From the NCBI GenBank assembly GCA_038885755.1, contig JAVZZH010000004.1, positions 68,430 to 132,429 on the forward strand: a stretch of DNA of 64,000 nt. Reading direction: 5' to 3'. Under the pieces are notes generated by a model. It saw only the letters and a program-made list of their open reading frames with translations. It was not told the DNA's origin and did no database searches. Of this stretch, positions 28,324-36,935 are shown one piece after another. The position numbers were made by a program, and so were the translations under genes. Every line of letters starts with the position of its first letter. The first letter of the stretch is position 1. This DNA comes from Candidatus Caldarchaeum sp. Its GTDB lineage: Archaea > Thermoproteota > Nitrososphaeria_A > Caldarchaeales > Caldarchaeaceae.

Positions 28324-28865
28324 AGGAGAGTTTCCGCCATCCTCTGCATAATCATCATCTTAACCGCCTTCTCCCTGTTCTCAGCCTGCACGGCGCTCAA
28401 CTGTTTCTCCTCTATGCCGTAGAGGTTCATCAGCCGCTCTGTCTTCCCCTCGTCAGGAGCGAGGTCAACAAGCCTTCCCGCCAGCTCGACAACTCTTAAG
28501 GCCGTCTGCACGGTTTGAGGCTCGCTCCTGCCTACCGTGAAGAAGACAGCTCTTTTACTATTCTCCTTGAGCCCAACCCGTCGAATGGCTTCATCAAGCT
28601 GAGTTGTGGCCGCAAGCTTCAGCAGAACCTCGTTCGAAACCCGTTTAGCTCTCTGATAAGGCGTTCCGTAAACGATTACGGCGTTCAGGAAAGCTGCGTC
28701 GAAGACATCCCAATCCAGCACAACATCAGGGTCTACGAGCTGCGTGTTTTCGAACGACCTCAGAACTTCCTCCACCAGCTCGGAAGGGGAGGTGTTCATC
28801 AACTCCACGACGCCTGCGGCACAGTAAAACCCCCTAGCGTGAACTACACGCATCCCCGCCACCAT
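28320..28865 (-). CDS. cgi121: KEOPS complex subunit Cgi121
   Basis: About 180 aa. The pattern ...EVLLKLAATTQLDEAIRRVGLKENSKRAVFFTVG... and C-terminal LMNLYGIEE...AVKMMIMQRMAETLL parallels archaeal Cgi121 as I recall it. Confidence 0.6.
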   Translation of the reverse strand: MVAGMRVVHARGFYCAAGVVELMNTSPSELVEEVLRSFENTQLVDPDVVLDWDVFDAAFLNAVIVYGTPYQRAKRVSNEVLLKLAATTQLDEAIRRVGLKENSKRAVFFTVGRSEPQTVQTALRVVELAGRLVDLAPDEGKTERLMNLYGIEEKQLSAVQAENREKAVKMMIMQRMAETLL

Positions 28866-29172
28866 GTATTGAAGGGATCAGGCTGAGAACGTCCTCGTCT
28901 CCAACCTCCGTGTCGAGCCACGACGTATACCGGACGTCGGCGCCGTTGACGAGTATGAGCACCCCCGGCTGGGGATTCCCATGGTCGTCGACAACATGCC
29001 GTCTAACCCTCTCGTCCAGAAGCTCGAGAACATCCCTAAGCCTCAACCTCCCCTCAACCTTAAGACTCAACTCCTTCAAACCGGAGGCCGACCTTAAAGG
29101 CCCGAACAACTCAACCTTCAACGTGTCTTGGCCGGCGTCTTTTTTAAAATGTTTATCGCCGTCGCGATGCAA
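28834..29172 (-). CDS. MoaD/ThiS/Urm1-like ubiquitin-fold protein with residues after the Gly-Gly
   Basis: LKVELFGPLRSASG...GVLILVNGADV...LDTEVGDEDVLSLIPSIHGG matches the archaeal MoaD-family pattern. The ORF continues GDACSSR after GG. An alternative TTG start at 29121 gives the canonical N-terminus. Confidence 0.65.
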   Translation of the reverse strand: MHRDGDKHFKKDAGQDTLKVELFGPLRSASGLKELSLKVEGRLRLRDVLELLDERVRRHVVDDHGNPQPGVLILVNGADVRYTSWLDTEVGDEDVLSLIPSIHGGGDACSSR

Positions 29173-29205
29173 GATTTTTATCCAGTGCTCTTATACGGGT
29201 TCCCC

Positions 29206-29709
29206 ATGAGAATACCCGAGGAGAGGATAAGCCTATTCTTCCAGATGGAGGAGAGGTATAAGGCGAGGGACGTAGAGTTCTTCAAAAGCCTTCTCAAGCA
29301 TGAAGACTTCACGGTTAGGGCTAGGGCAACATGTATTTTGGCAGAGCTTGGTGGGAGAGGCTGCGTCGAAGACCTCGCCGACGTCCTTCTTCACGACGAA
29401 AACCCCATCGTCAGACACGAAGCTGCCTACAGCTTGGGGCAGCTTGGTTTCAGGGAAGCCATTTCCTACTTGGTGGAGTCGATGAAGCGCGACCCGCATC
29501 CAATCGTTCGCCACGAATCCGCCATAGCTCTGGGAGTGATAGGCAGGACCGACTGCTGGGATGATTTGATGAAGGTTTTGGAAGACCCTTCTCCCGAGGT
29601 CGTTGACTCGGCGGTCATAGCGCTGAGCAACATCGAGTTCTGCAGAAGGCTCTTCAGCAATCCTGTCGATGCGGAGGCGGCGGAGTTCGCACGCAAGACA
29701 GGCGGATGA
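29206..29709 (+). CDS. four-HEAT-repeat protein resembling one half of deoxyhypusine hydroxylase
   Basis: PBS-lyase/HEAT-like repeats. Two consecutive repeats carry His-Glu motifs (VRHEAAYSLGQLG and VRHESAIALGVIG) 32 residues apart. The ATG at 29206 is preferred, since a TATA-like gatttttatcc lies about 27 nt upstream. Confidence 0.6.
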   Translation: MRIPEERISLFFQMEERYKARDVEFFKSLLKHEDFTVRARATCILAELGGRGCVEDLADVLLHDENPIVRHEAAYSLGQLGFREAISYLVESMKRDPHPIVRHESAIALGVIGRTDCWDDLMKVLEDPSPEVVDSAVIALSNIEFCRRLFSNPVDAEAAEFARKTGG

Positions 29710-29740
29710 CATGTTTTTTAACATGTTTAAAGGGCTTTAG

Positions 29741-32008
29741 TTGATGCTGGTTGGTAAACCCCTTAAAAGAATTAACGACAGGAAGTTTCTCCAAGGCCTG
29801 GCGACGTATGTCTCGGACATAAGTCTGCCGGGCATGGTTTACATGCATGTAGTCAGAAGCCGCTACGCCCATGCATGGATAAAGGAAGTTGACGTGAGCA
29901 AGGCCGTCAAGCAGGGTGTTTTAGCGGCCTACACCCACAGAGACCTCGAGCCGATTGAGATCGACGTCGAGGAGAAAGCGGGGGACGCATATCCAGCTCA
30001 TCAGAAGATTCTAGCCGACCGGAAGGCGAGATACGTGGGAGAGCCGGTCGCCGTCGTGGTGTCCGAATCATACTCCAGAGGAGTTGACGCAGCCGAGGAA
30101 GTGCAGGTTTTTTACGAGCCGTTGAAGCCCGTTATGACGCCTGAAGAAGCCTTAGACCCCGGCGCTCCTCTAATCCACGAGCATCTAACCTCTAACATCT
30201 ACTTCAGAACGTCTAGAATGGTCGGCGACGTCGACGAAGCTTTCAGCAAAGCCGACGAAGTGGTCTCGGCTAGTTTCAAGATACAGAGGCTTGCGCCGTC
30301 CTCGATGGAAACAAGAGGCGTTGTGGCTTCATACAACCCGTCAACCGACTCCTACACAGTCTACATCTCATCGCAGAACCCTCACAAGGTAAGAGAGTTT
30401 ATCGCAAAAAAGCTCGGAGTCGGCCAGAACTCTGTAAGGGTGGTTGCTCCAGACGTCGGCGGCGGGTTCGGCTCGAAGCTGAACATCTATCCCGAGGACT
30501 TGCTAGCCCCGATTCTGTCTAAGAAACTCCGCAGACCCGTGGCGTGGTTTGAGACGAGGATGGAGAACTTCACGTCAACAAGCCATGGCCGGAGCATGCA
30601 TGGCAGGGTTGAGCTGGCTGCCTCCCGCAGCGGCAGGATACTGGGGCTGAAGGCTGAGACCACGGCTGACATAGGAGCTTACTCCTACATCTATTCAAGA
30701 AACATGTCTTCGAGCGTCCTAAGAATGATGACCGGCTGCTACAAGATAAGAAACGTGCAGGTCAAGGCGTTAGGTGTCTACACAAACAAAACTCCGATCG
30801 CACCTTACAGGGGTGCTGGAAGGCCTGAAGCATCCTATTTCATAGAGAGAGCCGTCGACAGGCTGGCGTCTAAACTGGGCCTCGACCCTGCAGACGTAAG
30901 AAAGACTAACTTCATCAAGCCCGAAGATTTCCCTTACGACAACGGAGTCGGCTCGACCTACGACACAGGGGACTACGGAAAAGCCCTAGACAAGCTTCTG
31001 CACATCTCGAACTACGGCGAGCTGAGAAGGCAGCAGCGTGAGATGCGGTCCACGGGTCGTTATCTGGGAATAGGCATCTCAACTTACGTCGAGGTCTGCA
31101 ACTTCCTCCACCAGCCGGCCTACGTGCGGGTCGAGCCAGACGGGTCCGTGCATGTTTACAGCGGGACGTCGCCGCATGGGCAGGGAGACGAAACAGCCTT
31201 CGCCCAGATCGTCTCCGACACGCTGGGAGTGCCGGTCGAAAAGATAACAGTCGTGCACAGCGACACGGCGCTGGGTCCCCCTGGCGGCGGAACGGCGGGA
31301 AGCTGGACGCTTTCATCAGGCGGAAACGCTGTTCTTAAAGCCTGCGTGAAAGTGCGTGAGAAGATGACCCGTATCGCCGCCCACATGCTTGAGTGCCGTG
31401 TCGAGGACCTTCTCTTTGAACGAGGAGCATTTATGGTGAAGGACGACCCCAGCAGGAGAGTATACGTCGAGGATGTCGCTGAAGCAGCCTACGACCCAGA
31501 CAGCCTTCCCGAGGACGTGGAGCCCGGGCTTGAAGCGCTTGAACACTACGTCCCAGAGTTAACCTACCCGTTCGGAGCACATCTCGCCGTCGTTGAAGTC
31601 GACCCGGAGACAGGCAGAGTCTTCATACGCAAGATCGTGATGGTCAACGACTGCGGCGAAGTGATCAACCCCATGCTTGTCGAAGGACAGGTCATCGGAG
31701 GCGCTGCACAGGCCATAGGCCAGGCCCTCTACGAAAGCCTCGAGTTCGGGGAGGACGGGTCTCCTCTGGTCTCCAGCTTCGCGGACTACTTGATTCCCAG
31801 CTCCACGGAGATTCCGGAGATAGTCGCCGAGAGAACGGTGACTCCTGCGAACAACCCGCTCAAGGCGAAGGGCGTGGGCGAGGCGTCGACAATCGGGCTC
31901 ACGCAGGCTATCGTCAACGCTGTCGAGGACGCTATCGGGAAGCCGGTCGACGAAACACCTCTAACACCATTCAGAGTTTGGATAGTTTTAAAGAGTGGTG
32001 GTCGCTGA
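29741..32008 (+). CDS. molybdopterin-binding large subunit, xanthine dehydrogenase/CoxL family (form II CoxL/CutL-like)
   Basis: 755 aa. The active-site loop APYRGAGRPE (AYRGAGR type) and C-terminal KGVGEAS are present. Confidence 0.8.
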   Translation: MMLVGKPLKRINDRKFLQGLATYVSDISLPGMVYMHVVRSRYAHAWIKEVDVSKAVKQGVLAAYTHRDLEPIEIDVEEKAGDAYPAHQKILADRKARYVGEPVAVVVSESYSRGVDAAEEVQVFYEPLKPVMTPEEALDPGAPLIHEHLTSNIYFRTSRMVGDVDEAFSKADEVVSASFKIQRLAPSSMETRGVVASYNPSTDSYTVYISSQNPHKVREFIAKKLGVGQNSVRVVAPDVGGGFGSKLNIYPEDLLAPILSKKLRRPVAWFETRMENFTSTSHGRSMHGRVELAASRSGRILGLKAETTADIGAYSYIYSRNMSSSVLRMMTGCYKIRNVQVKALGVYTNKTPIAPYRGAGRPEASYFIERAVDRLASKLGLDPADVRKTNFIKPEDFPYDNGVGSTYDTGDYGKALDKLLHISNYGELRRQQREMRSTGRYLGIGISTYVEVCNFLHQPAYVRVEPDGSVHVYSGTSPHGQGDETAFAQIVSDTLGVPVEKITVVHSDTALGPPGGGTAGSWTLSSGGNAVLKACVKVREKMTRIAAHMLECRVEDLLFERGAFMVKDDPSRRVYVEDVAEAAYDPDSLPEDVEPGLEALEHYVPELTYPFGAHLAVVEVDPETGRVFIRKIVMVNDCGEVINPMLVEGQVIGGAAQAIGQALYESLEFGEDGSPLVSSFADYLIPSSTEIPEIVAERTVTPANNPLKAKGVGEASTIGLTQAIVNAVEDAIGKPVDETPLTPFRVWIVLKSGGR

Positions 32009-32041
32009 AATACAGCTATAAGCAACACCGCTATAACTAAA

Positions 32042-32506
32042 TTGATGACAGGCGGCCGTGTTGTCCGGGAGTTCTCGTTCAAGCTAAACGGCCAACCCGT
32101 CTCGGTGAAAGCCCCGCCCGCGTACACCCTGCTCGAAACGCTCAGATACGTTCTCAAGCTTACGGGGACTAAGGATGGATGCAGCAGCGGGGACTGCGGA
32201 GCCTGCACGGTTCTTCTTAACGGGAGAGCGGTGCATTCATGCCTTACGCTAACGGCTCAGGTGCAGGGGATGGATGTTGTCACTGTTGAGGGGGCAGACC
32301 CAAGAATCGTCGAAGCGTTCGCTTCTGAGGGAGCGGTCCAGTGCGGCTACTGCACGCCCGGCCTGGTGATGGCTACGGAAGACCTGCTGAGGGAGAATCC
32401 GAAGCCCTCGACGGATGATATCAGGGAGAGTTTGCGGGGAAACCTTTGCAGATGCACGGGCTACGTCAAGATAGTCAAGGCGGTGAAGACAGCAGCAGGT
32501 GTTTAG
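32042..32506 (+). CDS. (2Fe-2S)-binding small subunit of molybdo-hydroxylase (CoxS/CutS-like)
   Basis: GCSSGDCGACTV and CGYCTPG...CRCTGY cluster motifs. 154 aa. Confidence 0.9.
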   Translation: MMTGGRVVREFSFKLNGQPVSVKAPPAYTLLETLRYVLKLTGTKDGCSSGDCGACTVLLNGRAVHSCLTLTAQVQGMDVVTVEGADPRIVEAFASEGAVQCGYCTPGLVMATEDLLRENPKPSTDDIRESLRGNLCRCTGYVKIVKAVKTAAGV

Positions 32507-32509
32507 CCG

Positions 32510-33388
32510 ATGCGTTCTCTGGCAGACGTTGACGTTCTATCGCCCAAGTCTCTGGATGAAGCTCTGCATCTCCTAAGCGAGAGAGCTGGAAGGGTTAGGG
32601 TGTTGGCTGGAGGAACAGACCTCGTCGTCCAGATGAAGCACGGCGTCGTGGATAAGATGGACCTTATCAACATCTACGGGCTGGAGGAGCTACGGTACAT
32701 AAGGCTCGAAGATGCCGTCGTCAAACTGGGAGCCCTGATAGACTTCTCATCAATCGTCAAATCACCCATAATACGGAGGTCAGCCCCAGTCCTCGCTGAA
32801 GCCTGTTCGACGATAGGCTCAACCCAGATCCTCAACAAAGCGACCATAGCAGGCAACATAGTCAACGCATCACCGGCAGCCGACTCGCTCCCAGCCCTCT
32901 ACGTCTTGGAGGCGAATCTTCTTCTGAGAAGCAGAAGCTCGTCGAGAACGGTTGCTGTCAGAGATTTCTACAAGGGATACAAGATGCTTGACCTCAAGCC
33001 CGATGAGCTGCTTGTAGAGGTTTCATTCAACCAGCTTACGGAAGCCCAGTATGGGAAGTTCTTCAAGCACGGGCTTAGGCAGGGAGACGCCATAGCCGTG
33101 GTTAACGGAGCAGTCCTCATCGAGTGGGATGAAGAGTCGAGGACTGTTTCGGACGCCAGAGTAGCTCTGGGAGCTGTGGCGCCGACTGTGGTGAGGGCTG
33201 AAAAGACCGAGGAGATCCTGAGAGGAAGCAGGCTCGACAAAGAAACCATTGAGAGGGCGGCGGAGGCCGTCCAGCGGTCCATAAACCCCATAGACGACGT
33301 CAGGGGCTCTGCTGCTTACAGGCGTGAGCTCGCCACCAACTACGTCTACATGACCCTGCTGCATCTCGCGGGGCTGGTTGGACATTGA
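32510..33388 (+). CDS. FAD-binding medium subunit of molybdo-hydroxylase (CoxM/CutM-like)
   Basis: LAGGTDLVVQMK and ATIAGNIVNASPAADS motifs. 292 aa. Confidence 0.85.
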   Translation: MRSLADVDVLSPKSLDEALHLLSERAGRVRVLAGGTDLVVQMKHGVVDKMDLINIYGLEELRYIRLEDAVVKLGALIDFSSIVKSPIIRRSAPVLAEACSTIGSTQILNKATIAGNIVNASPAADSLPALYVLEANLLLRSRSSSRTVAVRDFYKGYKMLDLKPDELLVEVSFNQLTEAQYGKFFKHGLRQGDAIAVVNGAVLIEWDEESRTVSDARVALGAVAPTVVRAEKTEEILRGSRLDKETIERAAEAVQRSINPIDDVRGSAAYRRELATNYVYMTLLHLAGLVGH

Positions 33389-35646
33389 CGGTCGAAGCTA
33401 AGTGGGTCGGCCGCCGGATAGCCAGAAGAGACGCGTATGAGAAAGCGTCTGGGAAAACCAAGTTCGCCTCCGACATCGTTCTCGATGACTGTCTCTGGGT
33501 CGCGACGCTTCGGAGCAAGCATCCACACGCTCGAATCCTCAACATAGACGTGTCCAAGGCCGCTCGAATGTCCGGCGTCGCAGGGGTTTTCACCCACCGG
33601 GATGTTCCGAACAACCGATACGGCTTGTTTGTCAAGGACAGGCCTGTACTGTGCGACGACCGGGTAAGGTACATAGGAGACCCGGTGGCGCTTGTAGCTG
33701 CGGAGTCGAGGGAGGAGGCTGAGGAAGCACTCGGAGAGATCAGGGTGGACTACGAGCCCCTACCCGTTGTGTCAGACCCCTTTGAGGCCATGAAGCCTTC
33801 AAGCTTCAAGATACACGAGAACGGCAACATCTGCAGAAGCACGAGAATAGCTTACGGCGATGTTGAAAAAGGCTTTCAACAATCAAGCGCCATCGTCGAG
33901 AACACCTACAGGACATGGCCACAGATCCATGCCTATCTCGAGACCGAGGCGGGGATCTCCTACATAGATGAACAAGGAAGAATAACAGTCGTAGCCGGCG
34001 GGCAGTCTCCCTACAGAGACCATCACGAAATAGTTTCCACGCTAAACCTGCCACCCGAGAAGGTGAGGGTCGTGATACCTCACGTCGGAGGAGCTTTCGG
34101 CGGGAAAGACGACATATCTGTCCAGATACATCTCGCCCTCGTTACTTTGAAGACAGGAAGGCCTGCTAGGCTTGTATGGAGCAGGGAGGAGTCGACCCTA
34201 GCGGGCACGAAGAGACATCCGTCTATCGTGAGGATGAAGACGGGGGCGTCGTCGGACGGCAGGCTGACAGCCAACGTCGTCGAGATAGTTTACGACACGG
34301 GAGCCTACTCAGCCCTAGGTCCAGCTGTTCTGGACGTAGCGATGGAGACTTGCAACGGCCCCTACAGAATACCCAACATAGAGGTCAAGGCATGGCTTGT
34401 ATACACGAACAACATGGTCGCATCAGCTTTCAGAGGCTTCGGAGCTCCTCAAGTCCACTTCGCCATGGAGCAGCAGATCGACCAGCTTGCGGAGGAGCTG
34501 GGGTATGACCCGATAGAATTCAGGCTGTTGAACGTTGTCAGGAAAGGAGATTACGGAGTTTTCGGGAACAAGCTGGTTGGAAGCGTCGGCATCGCTAAAT
34601 GCCTCGAGGCCTTGAGAGACCATACTGTCTGGAGGGAGAGGGAGAGGCTGAAGAGGGAGCCTACGGCTCCGTGGATAAAGCGCGGAGTTGGTGTTGCAGC
34701 GGCCATCAAGGGCTACACGCTTGGAGCTCTTCCTGACAAGGGCAGCGTGGGGCTTGAGCTGAAGATGGACGGAGGGTTCATAGTAAGGGGCAGCTTTACA
34801 GAAATAGGTCAGGGAGTTGTCCAGGCAATAGCTCAGCTGGCCGCCGAGGCTCTGAACACAAGCATCGACAAAATCGAGGTCATATTCGCAGACACCGCCG
34901 AGACCCCCGACACAAGCGTGACATCAGCATCACGCCAGCTGTTCCTAGCCGGGAACGCGTTAAGAAAGGCTGCATCCCTGATGGTCGAAGCCATGAAGAA
35001 GGGGCTGGAGATTCACTTCGGAAGGCCTGTCGGCGAGGTCTCCCTGCACAACGGAGCCGTCAGAACTTCAACAGGCCTAGACATGCCGTTGAGCAGAGTG
35101 GCAGAGATACTTGAGGAGACGGGGGTGGGGAGGAGTGTTGTTGGGGTCTATGAGGTTCCTCGAGTAGAGCCCATTCCCGGGTCTCTCGAGATACCGCATC
35201 TCTTCTACATGTTCGGGGCAACCCTCGTTCTTGTTGAGCTCAACACTTTGACCGGAGCTGTTTCTGTGAAAAACTTAGTCACAGCCGCCGACGTAGGGAG
35301 AGTTGTTAACCCTCAAACCTTGACAGGCCAGATGGAGGGAGCGGCAGCACAAGGCATCGGCTTCGCACTCCTCGAGGACGTGAAAATCCGAGACGGAAAG
35401 CTGCTGACAACCAACCTCTCAACCTACCTCATACCCTCGATTAAGGATGTTCCAGACATAGAGGTGATTCCCGTGGAAGACCACGAGGAGTCGGGGCCCT
35501 TCGGAGCCAAGGGCATCGGGGAGATCGGCATAATATCAGTCGCCCCTGCTATCGCCAACGCAATCCACGACGCCGCCGGAGTGAGGCCTCTGGAGGCCCC
35601 GATGACGCCTGAAAGGGTTTACTGGCTTGTTAAACAACGCAGATAA
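33385..35646 (+). CDS. second molybdopterin-binding large subunit (xanthine dehydrogenase/aldehyde oxidoreductase type)
   Basis: 753 aa. The AFRGFGAPQ loop and KGIGEIG catalytic Glu region are present. The TTG start overlaps the upstream TGA (TTGA). Confidence 0.8.
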   Translation: MTVEAKWVGRRIARRDAYEKASGKTKFASDIVLDDCLWVATLRSKHPHARILNIDVSKAARMSGVAGVFTHRDVPNNRYGLFVKDRPVLCDDRVRYIGDPVALVAAESREEAEEALGEIRVDYEPLPVVSDPFEAMKPSSFKIHENGNICRSTRIAYGDVEKGFQQSSAIVENTYRTWPQIHAYLETEAGISYIDEQGRITVVAGGQSPYRDHHEIVSTLNLPPEKVRVVIPHVGGAFGGKDDISVQIHLALVTLKTGRPARLVWSREESTLAGTKRHPSIVRMKTGASSDGRLTANVVEIVYDTGAYSALGPAVLDVAMETCNGPYRIPNIEVKAWLVYTNNMVASAFRGFGAPQVHFAMEQQIDQLAEELGYDPIEFRLLNVVRKGDYGVFGNKLVGSVGIAKCLEALRDHTVWRERERLKREPTAPWIKRGVGVAAAIKGYTLGALPDKGSVGLELKMDGGFIVRGSFTEIGQGVVQAIAQLAAEALNTSIDKIEVIFADTAETPDTSVTSASRQLFLAGNALRKAASLMVEAMKKGLEIHFGRPVGEVSLHNGAVRTSTGLDMPLSRVAEILEETGVGRSVVGVYEVPRVEPIPGSLEIPHLFYMFGATLVLVELNTLTGAVSVKNLVTAADVGRVVNPQTLTGQMEGAAAQGIGFALLEDVKIRDGKLLTTNLSTYLIPSIKDVPDIEVIPVEDHEESGPFGAKGIGEIGIISVAPAIANAIHDAAGVRPLEAPMTPERVYWLVKQRR

Positions 35647-35726
35647 CGTTTAAATAACGAACTCTCGATGAGCCGTCGGGTTCACCGAGTTGACGCTTCC
35701 CCATGACCGTCCATCGGTGGGTTTAG

Positions 35727-36935
35727 TTGGCTAGGGTGGTCGTCAAGTTCGGCGGTTCTGTATTGTCTGACGACGACAGCATCAGGAAAGCAGCAGAATA
35801 CGTTGAGAAACTGCGTCGAAGGGGAGAGGTGGTAGTCGTTGTTTCAGCTCTGAAAGGCGTGACAGACGAGCTTCTCCAGACAGTTCAGCGAATCAACCCT
35901 GAAGCATCGCCAGCCATGGTTGACGAAGTTCTAGCCATGGGGGAGAGGACCAGCGCAAGGCTGTTCGCAGTAGCTCTTCAGAAGCATGGGCTGCAGGCTG
36001 TCTTCATCGACCCGAGCATGGATGAATGGCCTATCGTGAGCGACGACAAGCACCTCGACTCAACGCCCATCCTAGAAGAATGCAGAACACGGGTTAGGAA
36101 TGGCCTAGAGAAGATGCTCAAGGCCGGCGTCGTGCCTGTTGTCTGCGGGTTCGTCGCGGTTTCGAAAACAGGCAAGATAACGACCATGGGCAGAGGAGGA
36201 AGCGACACTACGGCCTTGGTTCTCGCCAACTGCCTCGACGCCGAGGAAGTGATTCTAGTGAAGGATGTGGCAGGCGTGTATTCATCAGACCCGAAGAACG
36301 TCTCAAACACGAACGTCCTCGAGGTTTTGACAGTCGAAGAGGTTTTACAGCTAAGCAAGGGAGGAGCCAAGATAATCCACTCCAAAGCCTTGTCTTTCCT
36401 TCATCCACGTGGTAAGGTAAGGATAGGCTCGCTGGACAGCTTAGAAACAACCGGGACAGTCATAATAGGAGAGGACAGGCCGAGGCTAGAAGTAAGCCTC
36501 GACAACACGAACGCCACAATGGTGACTATTCTAGGCAGGTCGATGAAGGACCCCGAGAAGATCTCCGCAGCTGTGTCGGCTTTGAGAATGTCCGGTGCAA
36601 GGGTGCTCGCAGTATCCGTCGAGGAGGAGTCGATGATACTCTACTTGGACGGGGACGGCGATGTTGTCGAGAAGCTTCACGACTACTTCGTCGGCCACGG
36701 CTTGGGAAAGGCTGTGAGCCACTTTCCCCACCTAAGCCTCATCAGAATCTACGGCCCCATGCTTGAGGTCGTGCCTGGAATAGTTCACCGGGTTGTCCAG
36801 CCGCTAGCATCCAACGCCATCAACGTCTACGGAATCCTCACCATAAGCTCGTCCATCAGGATCTTCGTCTCCACGAGGGATGTGGAAAAGGCTGTTAGGC
36901 TAGTTAAACAGAGCGTCGAAGAGTTGAGCTCTTAG
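35727..36935 (+). CDS. aspartate kinase
   Basis: VVKFGGSVL N-terminus, an amino-acid kinase fold, and C-terminal ACT-like repeats. 402 aa. Confidence 0.8.
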   Translation: MARVVVKFGGSVLSDDDSIRKAAEYVEKLRRRGEVVVVVSALKGVTDELLQTVQRINPEASPAMVDEVLAMGERTSARLFAVALQKHGLQAVFIDPSMDEWPIVSDDKHLDSTPILEECRTRVRNGLEKMLKAGVVPVVCGFVAVSKTGKITTMGRGGSDTTALVLANCLDAEEVILVKDVAGVYSSDPKNVSNTNVLEVLTVEEVLQLSKGGAKIIHSKALSFLHPRGKVRIGSLDSLETTGTVIIGEDRPRLEVSLDNTNATMVTILGRSMKDPEKISAAVSALRMSGARVLAVSVEEESMILYLDGDGDVVEKLHDYFVGHGLGKAVSHFPHLSLIRIYGPMLEVVPGIVHRVVQPLASNAINVYGILTISSSIRIFVSTRDVEKAVRLVKQSVEELSS

